A stretch of DNA of 64,000 nucleotides, from assembly GCA_963662545.2 (NCBI GenBank), contig CAXXLL010000002.1:2400001-2464000 (forward strand), given 5' to 3'. How positions within the stretch are numbered: the stretch's first letter is position 1; each line of letters opens with the position of its first letter. Positions 1-10,130 of this stretch are shown here, piece by piece. This DNA comes from Gammaproteobacteria bacterium (GTDB lineage Bacteria; Pseudomonadota; Gammaproteobacteria; Ga0077536). The notes under the pieces are model-generated. The model saw nothing but the letters and a program-made list of their open reading frames with translations, searched no databases and was not told the DNA's origin. Both the position numbers and the translations under genes were made by a program.

Positions 1-1
1 G

Positions 2-472
2 CGCCCCCTGTGGTCATGGCTCTTGGTATTGGTCGTGCTGCTGGTCTTAATCCTCGCAGTGGTCGTGACCCTGTTCTTTCGCATACGGCGCTCCGAGGGG
101 GAATCAGCCGGCGCCCCGCATCTGAATCCGCTTGCCTACCTCATCCCGCTCGGCGATGGCGAAACTCGGCACACCGTCGACAAGACCCCGTGGCGAATCG
201 GCCGCGGCCGCAATAATGATCTCGTCCTCTCCGATCATTCGGTTTCGCGGCTGCATGCAGAAATACGCCAGAATGAAGAAGGTGCGCTGACCTTGAACGA
301 CCTCGATTCACTGAACGGCGTCTTCGTTAACGACAACCGCGTTGATAGTATTCAGCTGCGGGAAGGCGACGAAGTCGATATCGGTGATGTACGGCTCAAT
401 TTCACCCTCCACGACGAAAGTTATGCCGATCAGGATGCCACGGTAGTCTTGCGGACACATACGCCCGTGTAA
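2..472 (+). CDS. Membrane-anchored FHA-domain protein (5' partial)
   Basis: Frame open from the window edge; hydrophobic helix followed by FHA motifs IGR..NDLVL, VSRLHAEI, DLDSLNGVFVN. Confidence 0.85.
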   Translation, partial: RPLWSWLLVLVVLLVLILAVVVTLFFRIRRSEGESAGAPHLNPLAYLIPLGDGETRHTVDKTPWRIGRGRNNDLVLSDHSVSRLHAEIRQNEEGALTLNDLDSLNGVFVNDNRVDSIQLREGDEVDIGDVRLNFTLHDESYADQDATVVLRTHTPV

Positions 473-529
473 ACCGTATCTGCACACCAGTCGGTCTATT
501 GCACGAAGGCGGGCAAGCGCGCTTACGGG

Positions 530-1930
530 CTAGAAATGCCCATTCGGCATCGTGTAAATATTCAGATCCCATACGAGTTCGACCGCCCCGGCTTCGGCGC
601 GGAAGCCTCTGCATATACAGTGCGATCCAACGGCAGCCAGATGATCGTCAACGAAGATCAGCGGCGTCAGGTCTCGCTCCCAGGGCGGGACTTGCCATTC
701 CTGAAACAGTTTCTTCAGTTTCTGGCTGTGCGTCCGCGCCGCCGGATGGCACCGTTCGCCGCCGCCTCGAAATCCAACCGAGACCGCTGCGTCTTTAATG
801 GCCGCCGAATCAAGACCCTCGGCAGGTGCCGGTCGGGTCGATAAGCTGCCCCAAGGGAATCGCAATTCGGTGCGTGGATCCCAAGGAATAGTTTCGCAAC
901 CGGGTTGCGCAATGAAATCCCGCATGAGATACAAGCGATTACGATAGCGTCTCAGCTGGCATTCCTTCCAGCGGATCAGCGGGCCGGCATCCTCCCGCGC
1001 CGGCAGCATACGTTCGAATATCTGCGCTAAGTGCCGCCGACCTGGCACGCCGCCCCCCGCCCGCACAAGCCAGCGCTTGAGTACGAATGGCCGCAATTCC
1101 GGTTCGAACTGGAGCAGGGTGGCGGTGTCCAGCTGTGACGAGCGGCATCCGGCTGCATCGAGCGCCCGATCTGCAATCCTGTCGAGGGCGTTCGCGAGTT
1201 CAGCTTGTAGACCCGCCGTTTGTCGCAAATTTTCAACGGCGCCGGGAAATCCTTGCTCTAACATCGGAACGATACGTCGGCGAAGGTAGTTTCGAGCGTG
1301 GCGCTCGTCGCGATTGCTGTGATCCTCAATCCATTCCATTCCCTCGCGTTCGGCATAAAGCTCAAGATCACGTTTTCTGGAATCGATCAGAGGCCGAGCG
1401 AGGAAACCTTTATCGAACCGCCGCAGCGGTCGAATCCCGGACAGTCCATGTGGGCCCGCACCACGTAGAGCATGGTGCAACAAGGTTTCAATGTGATCGT
1501 CAAGGTGATGAGCAGTCAACACACAGGTGCGTCGGTCAACCATCGAGCGGAAAATACGATAACGCTCTTCGCGCGCCCATTCCTCCATGCTGGCGCCGTG
1601 GGGCACCTTGCCGTCGAGCGCAACGGTTTCGAAGGCTACCCCCAGATGGTCGGCGACGCGCCGGCAATGTTCGACCCATTGAGCACTGTCAGCCTGGAGA
1701 CGATGATCGATGTGGACCGCGCGAACTTCGACCCCGCGCGTCCGGGCGTAGTCGCTTGCCAGATGAAACAAAACCGAGGAATCAACGCCGCCGCTGAATC
1801 CAATTAAAAATCGATCGCAATGGGACTGTTCAACGATATGATCGAGCTTATCGAAAGCGTTCGGATCAATGACGTCATCGTATAGTGCGAATAGGCCTCC
1901 TACGGAACCTCTGAATAAGTCATGGCCCAT
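530..1930 (-). CDS. tilS: tRNA(Ile)-lysidine synthetase; start codon lies inside repeat A
   Basis: SGGVDS PP-loop, TAHHLDD, RNYLR, KLKKLFQEWQVPPWER; follows accA; start position uncertain. Confidence 0.93.
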   Translation of the reverse strand: MGHDLFRGSVGGLFALYDDVIDPNAFDKLDHIVEQSHCDRFLIGFSGGVDSSVLFHLASDYARTRGVEVRAVHIDHRLQADSAQWVEHCRRVADHLGVAFETVALDGKVPHGASMEEWAREERYRIFRSMVDRRTCVLTAHHLDDHIETLLHHALRGAGPHGLSGIRPLRRFDKGFLARPLIDSRKRDLELYAEREGMEWIEDHSNRDERHARNYLRRRIVPMLEQGFPGAVENLRQTAGLQAELANALDRIADRALDAAGCRSSQLDTATLLQFEPELRPFVLKRWLVRAGGGVPGRRHLAQIFERMLPAREDAGPLIRWKECQLRRYRNRLYLMRDFIAQPGCETIPWDPRTELRFPWGSLSTRPAPAEGLDSAAIKDAAVSVGFRGGGERCHPAARTHSQKLKKLFQEWQVPPWERDLTPLIFVDDHLAAVGSHCICRGFRAEAGAVELVWDLNIYTMPNGHF

Positions 1931-2139
1931 CTGCCTTGCCCATGCAATCGTGGAGCCTTACGTTACGAACCTTAGCCCTAGTCTCCGCTATGGCCAATGA
2001 CGCGATTGCGTGCCTTGACATCTGCTCATGCAATCGTGGAGCTTATGAGCCCTAGTCTCCGCTATGGCCTGCGATTCGTGCCTTGACCTGCTCCATTGCA
2101 TGAACCATTCAGACGCACCATCACTTATTCAGAGGTTCC
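1904..2139 (+). mobile_element. Repeat family A (MITE-like) copy 1, with about 74 bp of internal duplication
   Basis: TIRs GGAACCTCTGAATAAGT...ACTTATTCAGAGGTTCC; flanks CTAC/CTAA. Confidence 0.85.
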
Positions 2140-2170
2140 CTAAGTGATTACGAAACAAGCTCCGTCGGCT

Positions 2171-3160
2171 TCAACGTTCCGAATACTGCCCCATGGCAGT
2201 CAATCGCGAGCGTCGGGCAAGCACCAGTTCCTCGGGATTCATCATGGATAAATCCTTGAGGGCTGATTCAATAGACGCAGCAAGTTTTGATGCCGCGGCA
2301 TCAACGTCGCGGTGGGCTCCGCCGAGGGGTTCATCGATGATTTCATCGATCACACCCAGGTCATCCAGGCTAGCCGACGTAATACGCATCGCTTCGGCGG
2401 CCTCCTCCGCCTTCTCCGCGCTTTTCCAGAGAATCGAGGCGCAACCTTCAGGCGAAATTACCGCGTAGATCGCGTACTTCATCATGAGCACGCGATCGGC
2501 GACCCCGATCGCGAGTGCGCCGCCGGATCCGCCTTCACCGATCACGGCCGTCACGATCGGCGTCTTCAAGCCCGACATCGCCATGAGATTACATGCGATG
2601 GCCTCGCTTTGCCCGCGTTCTTCCGCATCGATTCCCGGATAGGCCCCGGGGGTATCGATAAACGTAATGATCGGCAATCGAAATCGTTCGCCAAGCTTCA
2701 TAATTCTGAGCGCCTTGCGATATCCCTCGGGACGCGGCATACCGAAATTACGCTGCAGGTTCTGCTTCGTGCTACGCCCTTTCTGATGCCCGATAAAAGC
2801 AATACTGCGGCCGTTCATCCTCCCGATGCCCGAAACAATGGCGGGATCGTCGGCAAACATACGATCGCCATGCAGCTCGTGTATGTCTTCGAATAATCGG
2901 TGGACATAGTCCAGGGTATAAGGGCGCCTGGGATGGCGCGCCAACTTTGCAATCTGCCAAGGAGACAGTTTTGAAAATATCTGGCGTGTCAATTCTTCCG
3001 ACCGCGTCCTAAGCCTGTCGATCTCTTCGGAAATGTTGATTTTGGAATCGTGGCCCACCAGCCTAAGTTCTTCAATCTTGGCTTCGAGTTCGGCGATCGG
3101 TTGTTCAAAATCGAGAAAATCCAGATTTAGCTGCGCTTGTTGCATTTCGTTTTCGGCCAT
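2171..3160 (-). CDS. accA: Acetyl-CoA carboxylase carboxyltransferase alpha subunit
   Basis: [39 protein letters not shown]. Confidence 0.97.
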   Translation of the reverse strand: MAENEMQQAQLNLDFLDFEQPIAELEAKIEELRLVGHDSKINISEEIDRLRTRSEELTRQIFSKLSPWQIAKLARHPRRPYTLDYVHRLFEDIHELHGDRMFADDPAIVSGIGRMNGRSIAFIGHQKGRSTKQNLQRNFGMPRPEGYRKALRIMKLGERFRLPIITFIDTPGAYPGIDAEERGQSEAIACNLMAMSGLKTPIVTAVIGEGGSGGALAIGVADRVLMMKYAIYAVISPEGCASILWKSAEKAEEAAEAMRITSASLDDLGVIDEIIDEPLGGAHRDVDAAASKLAASIESALKDLSMMNPEELVLARRSRLTAMGQYSER

Positions 3161-3201
3161 AACTCGCTTCTACCTGCTTGCTTTATCGTCCGCAGTACCA
3201 G

Positions 3202-3462
3202 AACCTATCTCAGACTTATTCGCCTGTGCGTTATGCGTGGGCACGCGATGGCGAGGCGCAATGCGCAGGACTGAGTTGCTCTATGCACAAGCGCTGCAAC
3301 GAAGCCAGCGCGCGGCCACGCCAAACCCGAGGCCTATGGCCATTTTCGCGCATTTCGGCATCGTTCGTCGCTCATTTAGCTTATGCTTTGCCACGCCCCT
3401 CGCGCCTTGATACTCGGCGAAAATGGCCCCCGGCGCACACGTGGATAATTTTGAGATAAGTT
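3202..3462. mobile_element. Repeat family C (MITE-like), long copy
   Basis: Terminal inverted repeats AACCTATCTCA / TGAGATAAGTT; right flank CTAA overlaps the dnaE stop; related ends at 28194, 39036 and 42918. Confidence 0.6.
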
Positions 3463-6400
3463 CTAATACTCGACTTCGACCTGCCGATCGCCAAATTGCT
3501 CCCTAAGTCCGTCCAGCAGCGTATCGGTCGCATTGACACGCCATTTCTCGCCTAATTGTAAGCGAGCCCTGCAACCCGAGCGTAAATACTCAACCGCGAT
3601 CGGACACCGACCGTTGCCGTAATTCTCGATCAGCAACTGCAAACTTGTGACGAAACCATTATTCAGATCGGGCTCAGAAACGTTCACTACCAGAGCCCGG
3701 GCATGGCGGTTGCGCGCTTCTTCCATCGTGATAATTTCGTCCGCCTGCAGGCTATGGTCCCCGGTGAAATCGTCAACATCGCAATTTCCCTCTATGACGA
3801 CGATATGATCCGTGACGAGTTTGTGCAGGTAGCGTTCGAATGCTTCCCGGTAAACCGTGACCTCGATGCGCGCGGTCTTGTCGTCGAGCGAGGCCACGGC
3901 CATGCGCCCGTTTCGTGTCTTGACGATCCTAACCGATATGACCAGCCCGGCGACACGCTTGCGCCCAGGCCTTAATTCACTCAACGTACAACTCGCGAAC
4001 GCCGACAATTCGTCTGCGTAGCGGTCGATGGGGTGGCCGCTGAGATAAAGGCCCAGCGTTTCCTTTTCACACGCGAGCAGTTCGTCTTGCGACCATTCTC
4101 TGACGCCGCTCGCGTATTGGAGATCAGACGAATATGGGGCGCCTTCGTCGCCTGTCGTTGTCGCAAGTCCGAAGAAATCACTCTGCCCCGATACGGTCGC
4201 CTTCATATGCTGCTCCGTGATCTGCAGTACGCGGTCCACGGTCGCCATCAGCACCGGCCTGCTCCGCCCGAAACAGTCGAGTGCGCCTGCTTTGATCAGT
4301 GCTTCGAGCGCGCGGCGATTGATCCGCTTCTCGCAGTTACGCCTACACAAATCGAGAATGTCCCGGTAATCACCATGCTGCAGTCGCTCGGAAACAATGG
4401 AATCAATGGCCGCTTCGCCCACGCCTTTAACAGCCCCAAGACCGTAGCGAATAGCGGGGCCATCGGCGATGCTAAAGCGAAAGTTACACTGGTTGACGTC
4501 GGGGGCCGTAACGGCGATGCCCATCAACCGACACTCCTCTATTAATTTGACGACTTTGTCGGTCGAATCCATGTCCGCAGACAGTACCGCTGCCATGAAC
4601 GCGGCCGGGTAGTGTGTCTTCAACCATGCGGTCTGGTAAGCTACGAGCGCGTAGGCTGCAGAATGCGACTTATTAAAACCGTAGCCGGCAAATTTTTCCA
4701 TCAAGTCGAAAATGAACATCGCGTCGCTTTCCAAAATGCCATTGTCAGCCGCGCCCTTGACGAATATCTCACGTTGCTGAGCCATCTCTTCGAGCTTTTT
4801 CTTCCCCATAGCTCGTCTTAGGAGGTCCGCCGCCCCCAGCGTGTATCCCGCGAGCACACGAGCGATTTGCATCACCTGTTCCTGATACAAGATCACGCCA
4901 TGGGTGGATTTGAGAATCGGCTCCAGAGCAGGATCGGGATACCTGACGGCGGCGCGGCCGTGTTTCCGGTCAATATAATCGTCCACCATGCCAGACTGGA
5001 GAGGACCGGGACGAAACAATGCGACGAGGGCGATCATGTCTTCGAATGAATCGGGATGTAGCCGTTTGATGAGTTCTTTCATGCCCCTCGATTCCAATTG
5101 AAATACAGCCGTGGTACGCGCACTTTGAACCAGCTTGAAGGTAGCTTGGTCGTTTAACGGAATTTTGCCGATTTCGATTGCATCCTCGTTGGCTGCTTTA
5201 CGGGCTTCGTTGATGTCCCGCATCGCCCAATCGATGATCGTCAAGGTGCGCAAACCCAGAAGATCAAACTTGACCAGACCGATCGCCTCGACGTCGCCCA
5301 TGTCGAACTGGGTAACCATCACTTCACTTCCCTGCTCGCAATAAAGCGGCATGTATTCAGTGAGTGGAGCAGGAGCGATTACGATGCCGCCGGCGTGCTT
5401 CCCTGCGTTCCGGCTGAGCCCCTCCAGTTCCAGGGATAGTTCGATGATTCCCTGGACGTCCTCTTCGTCTTCATATCGCTTGCGGAGTGCCGGTTCCTCG
5501 TCCAGCGCCCGATTCAGGGTCATCTGCGTATCAAACGGTATCAATTTTGCGAGCTGATCTACGAATCCGTATGGAAAACCCAGGACGCGCCCCACGTCTC
5601 TCACGACTGCCTTTGCGGCCATCGTACCGTGCGTGATGATCTGTGCGACCCGATCACGGCCATAGCGCGTGGTGACGTATTCGATAACTTCATCACGCCG
5701 GTCCATGCAGAAGTCGATATCGAAATCCGGCATGGAAATGCGTTCCGGATTAAGGAAACGTTCAAACAATAGATCGTATTCGATCGGATTCAGCTCAGTA
5801 ATGCCAAGCGCGAAAGCGGCCAGTGAACCGGCGCCTGAACCCCGCCCGGGACCGACTGGAATGCGGTGTTCTTTGGCCCATTCGATGAAATCAGCCACGA
5901 TAAGAAAGTATCCCGAAAAACCCATGGTCTGGATGACGTCGAGCTCGTGCTCAAGACGCCGGGTATAGCTCTCCCGCTCGTCAGCCTTTTGTTGGTTTTT
6001 CTTTATCGCGCCGGAAACAAACCTCTGCTCAAGTCCGATCGCCGTTTTTTCGTGCAGCAATTCGTCGATCGACAAGTCATTTGCAACTGGGTATGACGGA
6101 AGGTGATATTTGCCGAGTTCGAGCTCGAGATTGCACCGAATAGCGATATTCACTGAATTAGCGAGCGCTTCGGGCACGTCAGAGAAAAGCTCGCACATCT
6201 CTTCTTCCGAGCGAAAATACTGATTTGGCGAATACTCCCGCGGACGCCGGGGATCAGCAAGAGTTCGTCCCTCGTGGATGCAGACCCGCGCCTCATGGGC
6301 GTCAAATTCATCGGATCCGAGAAATCTTACGTCGTTGGTCGCGACGACGGGTACGGCGGATGTCTGCGCGCAGTTCAGCGCTGCATCGATGTATCGTTCT

Positions 6401-6936
6401 TCGCGCTCGCGCCCCGTGCGGGTCAATTCAATGTAGTACCGATCGCCGAACAATTGTCGCCAGTGATCGATTCTCTTCGTCAATTGATCGCCCCTCCCTT
6501 CGTTCAGCAGGGACCCGAGGTCACCCGCAGTACCTGCTGAAAGGGCTATCAAACCGGTAACGGCGTCTTGCTTGAGCCAGGATTCATCCACCGCGGCGAC
6601 GCCACCGCGCTGGCCGAAGCGGTAGGCTTGCGTGATGAGGTTGCTGAGATTGCGGTACCCTTCGATGTTCTGGCAAAGCAGTACGAGTTTGAATTTACTC
6701 AGTGATCCAACGTGGCCGGAAATCCACAACTCCGCTCCAGCGATCGGCTTGATACCGGCGCGGCGCGCCGCCTGATATAACTTCGGGAGCGCGAACACGT
6801 TGCTTTGATCTGTTACGGCCACCGCCGGCATACTCAATTCGACACAACGTTCGACGAGCCGCGGAATGCGTACCAGCCCGTCTACGAGCGAGTATTCGCT
6901 GTGCACGTGCAGATGGACGAAGCGCGGTTCGATCAT
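3463..6936 (-). CDS. dnaE: DNA polymerase III alpha subunit
   Basis: FVHLHVHSEYSLVDG PHP motif, GRGSGAGS, MPDFDIDF; start MIEPRF overlaps the rnhB stop (ATGA). Confidence 0.97.
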   Translation of the reverse strand: MIEPRFVHLHVHSEYSLVDGLVRIPRLVERCVELSMPAVAVTDQSNVFALPKLYQAARRAGIKPIAGAELWISGHVGSLSKFKLVLLCQNIEGYRNLSNLITQAYRFGQRGGVAAVDESWLKQDAVTGLIALSAGTAGDLGSLLNEGRGDQLTKRIDHWRQLFGDRYYIELTRTGREREERYIDAALNCAQTSAVPVVATNDVRFLGSDEFDAHEARVCIHEGRTLADPRRPREYSPNQYFRSEEEMCELFSDVPEALANSVNIAIRCNLELELGKYHLPSYPVANDLSIDELLHEKTAIGLEQRFVSGAIKKNQQKADERESYTRRLEHELDVIQTMGFSGYFLIVADFIEWAKEHRIPVGPGRGSGAGSLAAFALGITELNPIEYDLLFERFLNPERISMPDFDIDFCMDRRDEVIEYVTTRYGRDRVAQIITHGTMAAKAVVRDVGRVLGFPYGFVDQLAKLIPFDTQMTLNRALDEEPALRKRYEDEEDVQGIIELSLELEGLSRNAGKHAGGIVIAPAPLTEYMPLYCEQGSEVMVTQFDMGDVEAIGLVKFDLLGLRTLTIIDWAMRDINEARKAANEDAIEIGKIPLNDQATFKLVQSARTTAVFQLESRGMKELIKRLHPDSFEDMIALVALFRPGPLQSGMVDDYIDRKHGRAAVRYPDPALEPILKSTHGVILYQEQVMQIARVLAGYTLGAADLLRRAMGKKKLEEMAQQREIFVKGAADNGILESDAMFIFDLMEKFAGYGFNKSHSAAYALVAYQTAWLKTHYPAAFMAAVLSADMDSTDKVVKLIEECRLMGIAVTAPDVNQCNFRFSIADGPAIRYGLGAVKGVGEAAIDSIVSERLQHGDYRDILDLCRRNCEKRINRRALEALIKAGALDCFGRSRPVLMATVDRVLQITEQHMKATVSGQSDFFGLATTTGDEGAPYSSDLQYASGVREWSQDELLACEKETLGLYLSGHPIDRYADELSAFASCTLSELRPGRKRVAGLVISVRIVKTRNGRMAVASLDDKTARIEVTVYREAFERYLHKLVTDHIVVIEGNCDVDDFTGDHSLQADEIITMEEARNRHARALVVNVSEPDLNNGFVTSLQLLIENYGNGRCPIAVEYLRSGCRARLQLGEKWRVNATDTLLDGLREQFGDRQVEVEY

Positions 6937-7535
6937 GGGAATCCGGCAGCGCTGATCATGCGCCGGACCGGCCCGAAGGTTCGGCGGTGCTCGACAGTGA
7001 TACCGCAGCGTTGGAGTGCTGACAGGTGCTCGGCGGTCGGATATCCCTTGTGCCTGGCGAACCCGTATTCCGGATAGCGCACATCGAGTTCGAGCATCAA
7101 TCGATCGCGTGTGACCTTCGCCACGATGGATGCCGCACTGATCGACGGAACTGTGGCGTCGCCGGCGACTATGGCGGCGGCAGGACAAGGCACGCGCGGG
7201 CAATACGTACCGTCGACGACGATGCGATCAGGGGGACGTGAAAGGTTTTCGACCGCTCGTTGCATCGCCACCAGCGTCGCCTGCAGTATGTTCAAACTCT
7301 CGATCTCGCGCACGTTCGCGACGCCGATACCGATCGCGCAAGCCGTCGCGGTGAGAGCCTCGAACAGACGTTCGCGCTGGCGCGCGCTCTTCTGCTTGGA
7401 ATCACCCAGACCGGCCGGGACATCGTCGCCCAGAATAACCGCCGCAGCGACGACCGGGCCGGCCAGCGGGCCGCGGCCCGCTTCGTCGACGCCCGCAACA
7501 AATTCATAGTGCCCGCTTGCTTCGCCGGCGATCAC
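6933..7535 (-). CDS. rnhB: Ribonuclease HII
   Basis: GVDEAGRGPLAGPVVAAAV, SISAASIVAKVTRD, HKGYPT; GTG start overlapping the lpxB stop is inferred. Confidence 0.95.
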   Translation of the reverse strand: MIAGEASGHYEFVAGVDEAGRGPLAGPVVAAAVILGDDVPAGLGDSKQKSARQRERLFEALTATACAIGIGVANVREIESLNILQATLVAMQRAVENLSRPPDRIVVDGTYCPRVPCPAAAIVAGDATVPSISAASIVAKVTRDRLMLELDVRYPEYGFARHKGYPTAEHLSALQRCGITVEHRRTFGPVRRMISAAGFP

Positions 7536-8665
7536 GACTCGACCAGCCGGAGCACTGCGTTGGCGGCGTTTCGTGCGGCCCCGCACTGCATACCCTCATG
7601 CAGAGATCGGCTGGTCGCCAGGAAGTCGGCCCGTCTGTCCACATCGTTAAGCCAAGCAAGCAATTCGCGGCAAATGACGCGCGGTTCGAGCGCGTCCTGG
7701 ATCAATTCCGGTACCAATTCCCGCCCAGCGAGAATGTTGGGCATGGCGATACGCGGAATCGTCACCATACGCCTCATTATAAAGTAGGTGACGGGCGCCA
7801 GGCGGTAGCCGACGACCATTGGTGTCCCACACAACAACCCCTCGAGAGAAGCCGTACCGGAAGCCACCACAGCGGCATCGGCGGCAGTCAATACGCGCTG
7901 CGCGTCCCCGTGGACCAGGGTGCAGACGAAATCAGGGTCGATGCGCGCGATGCAGCGTCTGGCTTGATCGAGGTGCTCCTTGCGAGCCGTGCAGAGTACA
8001 AAATGCGCCTGTGGCAGTTCGCGCCGAAGCATGGCCGCGCCCTCGAGAAAAGGTTGGAGCAGACGGTTGAGTTCCTGTTGGCGGCTACCTGGCAGAATCG
8101 CTATCAAAGGCCCATCGCTGGCGATACCGAGCGCGCTACGCGCGCCGCCGATATCCGGATCCAATGGCAACAGGTCTGCCAGAGGATGTCCTACGAACGA
8201 TGCGCGGGTGCCGTAGCCATTGAAATAATCCGGTTCGAACGGAAATACCGCCAATAGAAGATCGACCGCTTTGCGCAGGGATTTCGCTCGCGACTTTCTC
8301 CACGCCCAGACTTGGGGGCAGACATAATGGACGGTACTTATTCCCCGGCGTTTGAGCGCGCGCTCGATGCCGAGGTTGAAATCCGGCACATCGATACCGA
8401 TGAACACATCCGGCGGCGCATTGAGAAAGTGCTGGATAAGTCGTCTGCGAAGCCGGCGCAACGCCGGAAAGCGGCGCAATACTTCCACCAGCCCCATGAC
8501 GGAAAGCTCGTCAATTCTCGCGATCTCGCGGCAACCGGCCGCGATCATGAGGGGCCCTGCCATACCGTCGAAGTGCGCGTCCGGGACCTCGGCCCTCAAG
8601 GCTCTTATGAGCTCCGCGCCCAAGCGATCGCCCGATGCTTCGCCAGCGACAATACCAATGCGCAT
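7532..8665 (-). CDS. lpxB: Lipid A disaccharide synthase
   Basis: VAGEASGD, IGIDVPDFN, QVWAWR, LPGSR, ASGTASLE. Confidence 0.96.
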   Translation of the reverse strand: MRIGIVAGEASGDRLGAELIRALRAEVPDAHFDGMAGPLMIAAGCREIARIDELSVMGLVEVLRRFPALRRLRRRLIQHFLNAPPDVFIGIDVPDFNLGIERALKRRGISTVHYVCPQVWAWRKSRAKSLRKAVDLLLAVFPFEPDYFNGYGTRASFVGHPLADLLPLDPDIGGARSALGIASDGPLIAILPGSRQQELNRLLQPFLEGAAMLRRELPQAHFVLCTARKEHLDQARRCIARIDPDFVCTLVHGDAQRVLTAADAAVVASGTASLEGLLCGTPMVVGYRLAPVTYFIMRRMVTIPRIAMPNILAGRELVPELIQDALEPRVICRELLAWLNDVDRRADFLATSRSLHEGMQCGAARNAANAVLRLVES

Positions 8666-8705
8666 CTAGCCTCGCTCTCCCACCCGCGTCGGTACGATTC
8701 CCTAA

Positions 8706-8866
8706 CAGGTTGTTGAAAAACGATGTCCCTATCGTTTTTCAACTCGCAAGACGAAAACGCGGTTTCCGTCTTGCTCCATCAATCAAGCACATAGCGTGCT
8801 CGATTGATGCCGGCACATCCCTGTGCCGGGCACAGGCTGTCGAAAAACGAGTTTTTCAATAGCCTG
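8706..8866 (+). mobile_element. Repeat family B (MITE-like, five tandem hairpins) copy 1
   Basis: TIRs CAGGTTGTTGAAAAAC / GTTTTTCAATAGCCTG, CTAA direct repeats on both sides; near-identical inverted copy at 60914-61074. Confidence 0.88.
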
Positions 8867-8883
8867 CTAAGTCTGACAGACTG

Positions 8884-9657
8884 CTAGCGCACAATGCCAC
8901 GGGTCGACGACCGAATAAATTCGAACATCTGATGGGCCTGCGTGTTCCCATTGCCCTCGCACTCTAGGATTTTCATCGCTTCCTCGAGGGTATGTCCCTG
9001 CCGGTAAAGCGCCTTGTAGCAGCGCTTGAGCGCCGCGATCGCTTCCGGTTCGAACCCGCGTCGCTTGAGTCCCTCGCGATTGATGCTCCGCGGACGGGCC
9101 GTATTACCGTCCACCATGATGAATGGGGGTACGTCCCGGACGATGATCGCGGCGATCGCCGAAAAGCTGCTTTCGCCCATGCGGCAGAATTGATGAACGC
9201 CCGTAAATCCACCGAGGATCGCGAAATCGTGGATCTCGGCGTGCCCCGCCAAAGTGGCATTGTTTGCGAAGACCGTGTGGTTTCCTACCTGACAATCGTG
9301 GGCGATGTGACAATACGCCATTATCCAGTTTTCGTTTCCGAGGCGGGTTACGCCGCCACCATGACCGGTACCACGATTGATTGAGCAGTATTCCCGAATC
9401 GTGTTGCCATCACCAATTTCCAGCCGCGATTCGCCGACACCGTCAAACTTCTTGTCCTGCGGATCGCCCCCAATACAACAAAATGAGCCGATGGTGTTAT
9501 TCGCGCCGATCTTTGTCGGTCCAATCACTATCGCATGCGGCTCGATGCGAGTACCGGGGCCGATTTGTACGCCTCGACCGATGAGCGACCAGGCACCGAC
9601 TTCAACATCAGACGCCAGTTCGGCATGACCGTCCACTCGCGCTGTCGGATCGATCAA
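8884..9657 (-). CDS. lpxA: UDP-N-acetylglucosamine acyltransferase
   Basis: Hexapeptide repeats, GGDPQDKKF, HIAHDC, NNATLAGH, VHQFC. Confidence 0.96.
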   Translation of the reverse strand: MIDPTARVDGHAELASDVEVGAWSLIGRGVQIGPGTRIEPHAIVIGPTKIGANNTIGSFCCIGGDPQDKKFDGVGESRLEIGDGNTIREYCSINRGTGHGGGVTRLGNENWIMAYCHIAHDCQVGNHTVFANNATLAGHAEIHDFAILGGFTGVHQFCRMGESSFSAIAAIIVRDVPPFIMVDGNTARPRSINREGLKRRGFEPEAIAALKRCYKALYRQGHTLEEAMKILECEGNGNTQAHQMFEFIRSSTRGIVR

Positions 9658-10130
9658 CTGAACGATTCTCTCTCGGTCGTCATGAACTCCGCGCTTGCTA
9701 CCACCTCACCGTTGACTTCCGCCGTCGCGCTGAATCGGTAAATACCTTTGAGGTGGCGCATGAGTGTCGCTTTGAGGATAAGCTGATCCCCCGCCGTCAC
9801 CGGTTGCTTGAATCGCGCCTTGTCGATCCCGACAAGGTAATAGAGGTTGCCTTTTTCATTCCGCGACTTGTTTGAATAAAAGGCCAACATGCCGGTCGCC
9901 TGCGCCATGGATTCGAGAATCAGCACCCCCGGCATAATCGGATGGTCTGGGAAATGCCCCTGGAAATATGGCTCGTTAATCGAGACGTTTTTCAAGGCCT
10001 TGATCGATTCGAAAGGCGTATATTCAATGATCCGGTCAATGAGTAGAAACGGATATCGATGCGGCATCGTTTGCAGAATTTTGGAAATCGACAGATCTTC
10101 CATTAAGCTCTCCGCCGTTACTGTATCCAT
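9654..10130 (-). CDS. fabZ: 3-hydroxyacyl-ACP dehydratase
   Basis: PHRYPFLLIDR, FQGHFP, MPGVLILESMAQ; start may be 10103. Confidence 0.96.
   Translation of the reverse strand: MDTVTAESLMEDLSISKILQTMPHRYPFLLIDRIIEYTPFESIKALKNVSINEPYFQGHFPDHPIMPGVLILESMAQATGMLAFYSNKSRNEKGNLYYLVGIDKARFKQPVTAGDQLILKATLMRHLKGIYRFSATAEVNGEVVASAEFMTTERESFS

Noticed and set aside
6937-7203. N-terminal extension of DnaE in the ORF track
   Set aside because: It overlaps rnhB; the conserved start is MIEPRF at 6936. No intein motifs were seen in dnaE.
8635-8862. ORF sharing LLKNDVPIVFQLARR with ORF 60594-61070
   Set aside because: The shared peptide is just translation of repeat B, with no independent start or RBS.
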